DNA of 64,000 nucleotides from Candidatus Latescibacterota bacterium (GTDB lineage Bacteria; Latescibacterota; UBA2968; UBA8231): NCBI GenBank assembly GCA_965219385.1, contig CBDCNM010000002.1, positions 158,639 to 222,638 of the forward strand, read 5' to 3'. Shown piece by piece: positions 59,336 to 64,000 of this stretch (position 1 is its first letter; each line of letters starts with the position of its first letter). The notes under the pieces were generated by a model. It saw only the letters and a program-made list of their open reading frames with translations, ran no database searches and was not told where the DNA came from. The position numbers and the translations under genes were made by a program.

Positions 59336-60457
59336 TCAGGGTTCGATGACCACCTTCATGGAGCCTTCGCTGCCGGTGATGTCGACCCCTTCTTCTATCT
59401 GGTCGAGTCCGAGTCGGTGGGTGATGAAGCGGTCCAGGGGCGCCCGGGTGTTCTTGAGGAAGGAGAGGGCGGTCTTGAACTGCATGGGGGGGTAGGCCCA
59501 CATGCCGCGGAGGTCCAGGTCCTTGAAGCAGATGATATGGGGGTGGATGTCGACGCCGCCCGGATCGGTGAAATGGCCCACCTCCACGACCATGCCGCCG
59601 CGCCGCACCAGGTCGAGGGATTCCTTGAAGGCCACGGGTACGCCGGTGGTCTCGATGACGATATCTGGTCCCACGCCCTGGGTCATTTCCTGGATGGCCT
59701 TCTGGCGTTCCTCGAGACTGCCCTGGCCGACGTCGACCACATGGTGGGCGCCCATGGCCCGGGCCAGATCGAGGCGGGAGGCGCTCAGGTCGGCGGCGAT
59801 GATCAGGTCCGTGCCGATGTGCTCCAGGGTGGCGGTGACCAGCTGGCCGATCGGACCGGCGCCCAGCACCAGCACGGACTTGTCCAGGCCCAGGCCCTCG
59901 CCGATGTGGGGGATGCCCGGTCCCAGGGCGCGCTCCACCGCGCGGGTGGCCACGGCCGCCGGTTCGGTGAGGACGGCGCGCTCGCTGGAAAGATCGTCCG
60001 GGATCTTGAAGACCCAGGAATTGGGAGTCAGGTGCAGGTACTCGGAGAAACCGCCGCGCGGGGCGGGGGCGATCTCCGAGGAGACAAAGCCGTACACGAA
60101 GCGGTTGGCGCACAGGGTGGGACGGTGGGGCATGTGCAGGCAGTAATGACAGCGGCCGCAGGCCTGGGAACTGGGGGGGGTGGTAATCCGGTCGCCTTCC
60201 TTGATCGGGCCACCGACAATGGCCAGGTAGTCGGCGGCTTCGGGACCGAGTTGGGCAATCGTGCCGACCAGTTCGTGGCCGGGCACGAGCGGGAATTTAA
60301 GGGCCATGTGGCCGGCGTAGATGTGTTTGTCGCTGCCACAGATGCCGGTGCGCTCGACCTTGAGGAGGAGTTCGTTGGCGGCGATTTGGGGTCTGGGAAA
60401 CTGGCGCAGTTCGATGTGACCAGGTTCGGTCATGACCGCTGATTGGACGGTGGACAT
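59336..60457 (-). CDS. Zn-binding dehydrogenase
   Basis: CGSD, GHE, CGRCHYC...C, GAGPIG. Confidence 0.92.
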   Translation of the reverse strand: MSTVQSAVMTEPGHIELRQFPRPQIAANELLLKVERTGICGSDKHIYAGHMALKFPLVPGHELVGTIAQLGPEAADYLAIVGGPIKEGDRITTPPSSQACGRCHYCLHMPHRPTLCANRFVYGFVSSEIAPAPRGGFSEYLHLTPNSWVFKIPDDLSSERAVLTEPAAVATRAVERALGPGIPHIGEGLGLDKSVLVLGAGPIGQLVTATLEHIGTDLIIAADLSASRLDLARAMGAHHVVDVGQGSLEERQKAIQEMTQGVGPDIVIETTGVPVAFKESLDLVRRGGMVVEVGHFTDPGGVDIHPHIICFKDLDLRGMWAYPPMQFKTALSFLKNTRAPLDRFITHRLGLDQIEEGVDITGSEGSMKVVIEP

Positions 60458-60634
60458 GGTGGGGTTCCTTTTTTTGGGGTTGGTAGCGGTTTATTTCAGC
60501 TTGCCGCGCCCGGCGATTTCCCAGATGGCCTGGACCTCGGTGATGCCCGGATAGGGGGTGCTCGATGTATCCACCCGCGTCAATCATCCATCATTGGTGC
60601 AAGATACCCCGGCAGAATTTTTGCCGTGCAGCTG

Positions 60635-61891
60635 CTACCAGGGCAACAGATCTCCCTTGTCGTCGAATTCCAGGTCTTTGGGCGCTTCGATGATCTCCAG
60701 ATCTTCGCGCTGTTCGACCTGCGGGCGGTAGGCCTCGGAGACCAGGGCCTCGCCCAGTTCCAGGGTGTTGCGGATCCGCAGGAGCCGGGCGTTTTCCGGC
60801 TCGACCAGGCCGATGGTCTCGAGGCCGACATCTAGCACCTTGCGGTCGGTGTCGTAGCAGATGGGTATGGTGGCTCCGGCGGGCGCGTTGCCGGTCATGC
60901 AGTTGATGTAGGTGACCTCGCGGTCCATCTTGTCGATAGCCTGCTGGTGGGCGTACTCGGCCGCGCCGATGCCCGAGGCATTGCCGTGGGTGGCCTCGGT
61001 CAAATCGCGGACGTAGATCCGGATGACCTTGGGCAACTCTTTATCGGCGGCGTGGTGCTCGTGGTACTTGCGGCCGATGACGTTGGTGTCCATGCCGGCG
61101 CCGCTGATATCCTTGCCGATCTGGTCGACGATCAGGAAATCGACCTGGTCGAAGGGGAGGCGCGGCATCCACTTCCTGGCCAGGATCAAAAGCTCCTTTT
61201 CGCGCTCGACGAATTCCTCGGGCGCTACGGCCTTGACCAGGGCGGTTTTGTCGTAGGGGTTTTCCACGATCCCCAGGCCCAGGAGGACGCGGCAGCTTTC
61301 GATCACGGTCTGGCCCACGGCGCGCACGATGCGGTCGAAGCTGTAGTGGACGATGGCACGGTGGTAGAGGGCGGCACCGCGGTGTTTGCCCAGGCCGATC
61401 AGCATCATCTTGTGGAGGCCGCTCTCGATTTCGCCGACGAATCCGGTGTGGGGTTTGATGCGGCCGACCACGGCCACGTGATCGGCTTCGTAGGCGTGCT
61501 TGTCGAAGTAGACCGGCACGTTGTCTTCAATCGTACCTACCTGCACGGTCTCCATGCTGGACTTGATCGGAGCGCCGGTGTATTCCTCGGTGACGCCGTA
61601 GCCTTCGATGATGGCTTGCTGGGCTTCGGCCAGGCCGCCGCCGTGGCTGCCCATGGCCGGGACCAGGAAGGGCTCGAGGCCGATGTCCTTGAGGGCCTCG
61701 ACCAGGCTTTTGACGATCAGGGCGATGTTGGCGATGCCGCGGCTGCCCACGGAGATGGCCACGCTCTGGCCGGGTTTGACCTTGGAGGAGAGGTTCAGGG
61801 TTTCTACTTCCTGGCGGACGGCGCCTGAAATGTCTTCGAGGGTCGGGGCCTCGAAGTGCTGGCGGACGCGCATCATGCGGGGATAAGACAT
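60635..61891 (-). CDS. Lactate racemase (LarA N-terminal)/DUF362-like protein
   Basis: GSRGIAN, PAMGSHGG, RIKPH, ESGL.KM..IGLGK, GKDISGAGMDTN. Confidence 0.75.
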   Translation of the reverse strand: MSYPRMMRVRQHFEAPTLEDISGAVRQEVETLNLSSKVKPGQSVAISVGSRGIANIALIVKSLVEALKDIGLEPFLVPAMGSHGGGLAEAQQAIIEGYGVTEEYTGAPIKSSMETVQVGTIEDNVPVYFDKHAYEADHVAVVGRIKPHTGFVGEIESGLHKMMLIGLGKHRGAALYHRAIVHYSFDRIVRAVGQTVIESCRVLLGLGIVENPYDKTALVKAVAPEEFVEREKELLILARKWMPRLPFDQVDFLIVDQIGKDISGAGMDTNVIGRKYHEHHAADKELPKVIRIYVRDLTEATHGNASGIGAAEYAHQQAIDKMDREVTYINCMTGNAPAGATIPICYDTDRKVLDVGLETIGLVEPENARLLRIRNTLELGEALVSEAYRPQVEQREDLEIIEAPKDLEFDDKGDLLPW

Positions 61892-61961
61892 AGGGTTGCT
61901 CCTGTCTAGAGGTGGGTTTTAAGAAGCCTTCTATGGTTTGTCAGTGGCTACTACCATTTTC

Positions 61962-63116
61962 TCAAAGCGCATTCTTGAAAATCTTCGCGATGTCTTCCTG
62001 CGTGGTCTTGCGCGGGTTGACGGGGATATTGCCGCTTTCCATGGCCGAGCGCGCCATGGCCGGGATGCCGCGGGCACGGACCCCCACTTCGCCGAGTTTT
62101 TCGGGGATGCCGAGATCCTGATTAAGTTCCCGGACCGCGTCGATGGCGGCCTCGGCGGCCTCGCGTGGATTAAGCTCGTCGGTGTCGGCGCCCAGGGCCG
62201 TGGCAATGGCGGCGAATTTCTCGATGCGGGCGGACAGGTTGAATTCCATGACGTAGGGCAGGAGGATGGCATTGGCGGTGCCGTGGTGCACCCCGAAGTG
62301 GCCTCCCACCGGGTGCGACATGGCGTGGACGTTGCCCAGACGGGTCTGGGAAAAGGCCATGCCGGCCATGGCGCTGGCGATCAGCATGTTTTCCGAAGCC
62401 TCGAGCTCGTGGTCATTGGCACAGGCCAGACGGAGGTTGCCGCCGATGAGCCGGATGGCGGTCAGGGCGATGCCGTCGGTGAGGGGAGTGGCCATCAAGT
62501 TGGTATAGGATTCCAGGGCGTGGGTCAGGGCATCCATGCCGGTGGGGGCGCCCATTGAGGCGGGCAGGGCCACGACCAACTCGGGGTCGAGGATGCCGGC
62601 CTGGGGCGCGATCTTCCAGCTGATTACCGGATCCTTGCTGCGGGTCTTGAGATTGGTCAGGACGGCAAAGGGGGTGACCTCGCTGCCGGTGCCGTAGGTA
62701 GTGGGCACGCAGATCAGGGGCGGCGGATCGGTGGCAAATTTATTGGCCCCCACGTAGCGTTCGATGCGGCCTCCGTTGGTGGCCAGGATGCCGATCATCT
62801 TGGCCACATCCATGGGGCTGCCGCCGCCCACGGCCAGGATACCGCTGCACTTTTCCCGGGCGTAGAGGCGGTGCCCGGCATGGACGCAACGCGCGGGTGG
62901 ATTGCCCAGAACCCCGTCGAATACCACGTGTGGAATACCAGCCTTGTCCAGGACCCTGGTGGCCTGCTCGACCACGCCGGCGGCCACCAGGCCCTTGTCC
63001 GTGACGGCCAGTAGCTTCTGGTCTTTGGAAAAAAATCTGGACAGCCGGTTTATGGAGCCGGGTCCGTGTACCAGGCGAGTGGGCGAGCGGAAGTCGAAGG
63101 AGGTCTGGAAGGGCAT
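61962..63116 (-). CDS. Iron-containing alcohol dehydrogenase
   Basis: GGGSPMD, PTTYGTGSE, DALTHALE, HAMSH, HHG. Confidence 0.92.
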   Translation of the reverse strand: MPFQTSFDFRSPTRLVHGPGSINRLSRFFSKDQKLLAVTDKGLVAAGVVEQATRVLDKAGIPHVVFDGVLGNPPARCVHAGHRLYAREKCSGILAVGGGSPMDVAKMIGILATNGGRIERYVGANKFATDPPPLICVPTTYGTGSEVTPFAVLTNLKTRSKDPVISWKIAPQAGILDPELVVALPASMGAPTGMDALTHALESYTNLMATPLTDGIALTAIRLIGGNLRLACANDHELEASENMLIASAMAGMAFSQTRLGNVHAMSHPVGGHFGVHHGTANAILLPYVMEFNLSARIEKFAAIATALGADTDELNPREAAEAAIDAVRELNQDLGIPEKLGEVGVRARGIPAMARSAMESGNIPVNPRKTTQEDIAKIFKNAL

Positions 63117-63149
63117 ACCGATTTTTCCCTGGGTTTTAGGGTGCGGAAA

Positions 63150-63178
63150 AGGTTAGAAAAATATGCCTCGAGTGTCAA
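63150..63178 (-). promoter_or_regulatory. Sigma70-like promoter
   Basis: Minus strand TTGACA-17-TAACCT upstream of the Fe-ADH gene. Confidence 0.55.
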
Positions 63179-63230
63179 GACAAAGGATCAGCAGGGCCAG
63201 GGTTGCTCCAATCGCCCGGTATTTTCATCT

Positions 63231-64000
63231 CTAGTCGTCCTCAAAGAGGTGGGTTATTTCATCGGTGGGAAACCGGGGAAGGCTTTCCGTCTGGTCGCCG
63301 CGGTGGAGCACAAGGCCAAAATCAAGGGGGCGTGCCGTGCCGATCCGGGCGCTGCGAATGCCGGCTTCTTTCAGGGCCGCGACCACGGCTGGAGCGGCAT
63401 CTGCACCGCAGCCTATGAGCAGAGCTCCGGAAGAGATGATACCCAGCGGATCGAGATCGAATTCGGCACACAGGCGGGCGGATTCCGGGGCGATGTAGAG
63501 GGCGTCGGCGAAGATCTCCAGGCCGACCTCGGAAGCGGCAGCCAGCTCGAAAAGGCCGGTGGCTACCCCGCCTTCGGTGGGATCGTGCATGGCGTGGAGG
63601 GCGCCGGCCTCAGCGGCGATCCGGGCGTCGCGGACCACGCTGATGCCGGGGTCTTGCAGGTAGTTACCGGACCGTTCGAGGAAGGCCTCGGCATACCCCC
63701 GGTCGAGCAGTTCCCGGCGTTTTTCACGGGCGATGATGGCGGTGGCCTCAATGGCCAGCCCCTTGGTCAAGATCAGGGCGTCGCCGGGCTTGAGGCCCGA
63801 TGAGCGCACCAGGCTTGCCGGCTCGACTTCGCCCAGCATCTGACCGACGACGAGGGGGCGGTCGATGCCGGGCGTGATTTCCGTGTGGCCGCCGCAGACT
63901 GTGATGCCGAGCTGGCCGGCGGCCTGGTGAATGGAGTGGAAGATCGACTCGATCAGGGCGGGCCTGGCCTGGTCGGCGGGCACCAAAATGGTGGCCAGAA
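63231..64000 (-). CDS. AIR synthase family (HypE-like) protein, 5' end outside window
   Basis: GGHTE, GDALILTK, MHDPTEGG, DPLGIISSG. Confidence 0.85.
   Translation of the reverse strand, partial: LATILVPADQARPALIESIFHSIHQAAGQLGITVCGGHTEITPGIDRPLVVGQMLGEVEPASLVRSSGLKPGDALILTKGLAIEATAIIAREKRRELLDRGYAEAFLERSGNYLQDPGISVVRDARIAAEAGALHAMHDPTEGGVATGLFELAAASEVGLEIFADALYIAPESARLCAEFDLDPLGIISSGALLIGCGADAAPAVVAALKEAGIRSARIGTARPLDFGLVLHRGDQTESLPRFPTDEITHLFEDD

Noticed and set aside
1..64000. CRISPR array, tRNA or rRNA genes
   Set aside because: No regularly spaced repeat-spacer units and no recognisable structural RNA genes seen by eye.

Overview
GC-rich bacterial window. C-terminal 'TWGRIKATF' tails, many Gfo/Idh/MocA, PhyH, sulfatase and FG-GAP genes suggest a Latescibacterota/Poribacteria-like lineage (inference only). 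(1) 1-14.5 kb is a defence island: a DUF1156 methylase / DUF499 ATPase restriction-like backbone with nested cargo (kinase-P-loop ATPase plus partner, DUF433-DUF5615 TA pair, ATPase+PIN, ATPase+DUF4276, a truncated gene) and scars of cassette exchange. (2) 14.8-45 kb is metabolic: TonB receptor, archaeal-type pantoate kinase/phosphopantothenate synthetase, selenoneine genes senA-senB with a divergent UGA-recoded selD, and sugar/acid catabolism. (3) 45.1-59.3 kb is an IS-rich accessory island. It holds the best candidate for an undescribed system: a 91-aa precursor with an Flp-pilin-like leader and a 9-Cys defensin-like core, clustered with two CxxC thioredoxin-like proteins, an FMN-binding CxxC protein and an A24 prepilin peptidase, inside a tandem array of secreted CBM9/DOMON-like paralogues with hypervariable blocks. 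An IS splits the predicted promoter of this operon, and the two terminal paralogue halves are circularly permuted. (4) 59.3-64 kb holds dehydrogenases, a LarA-like gene and an AIR-synthase-family gene. All family calls come from motif recognition by eye; no searches were run.
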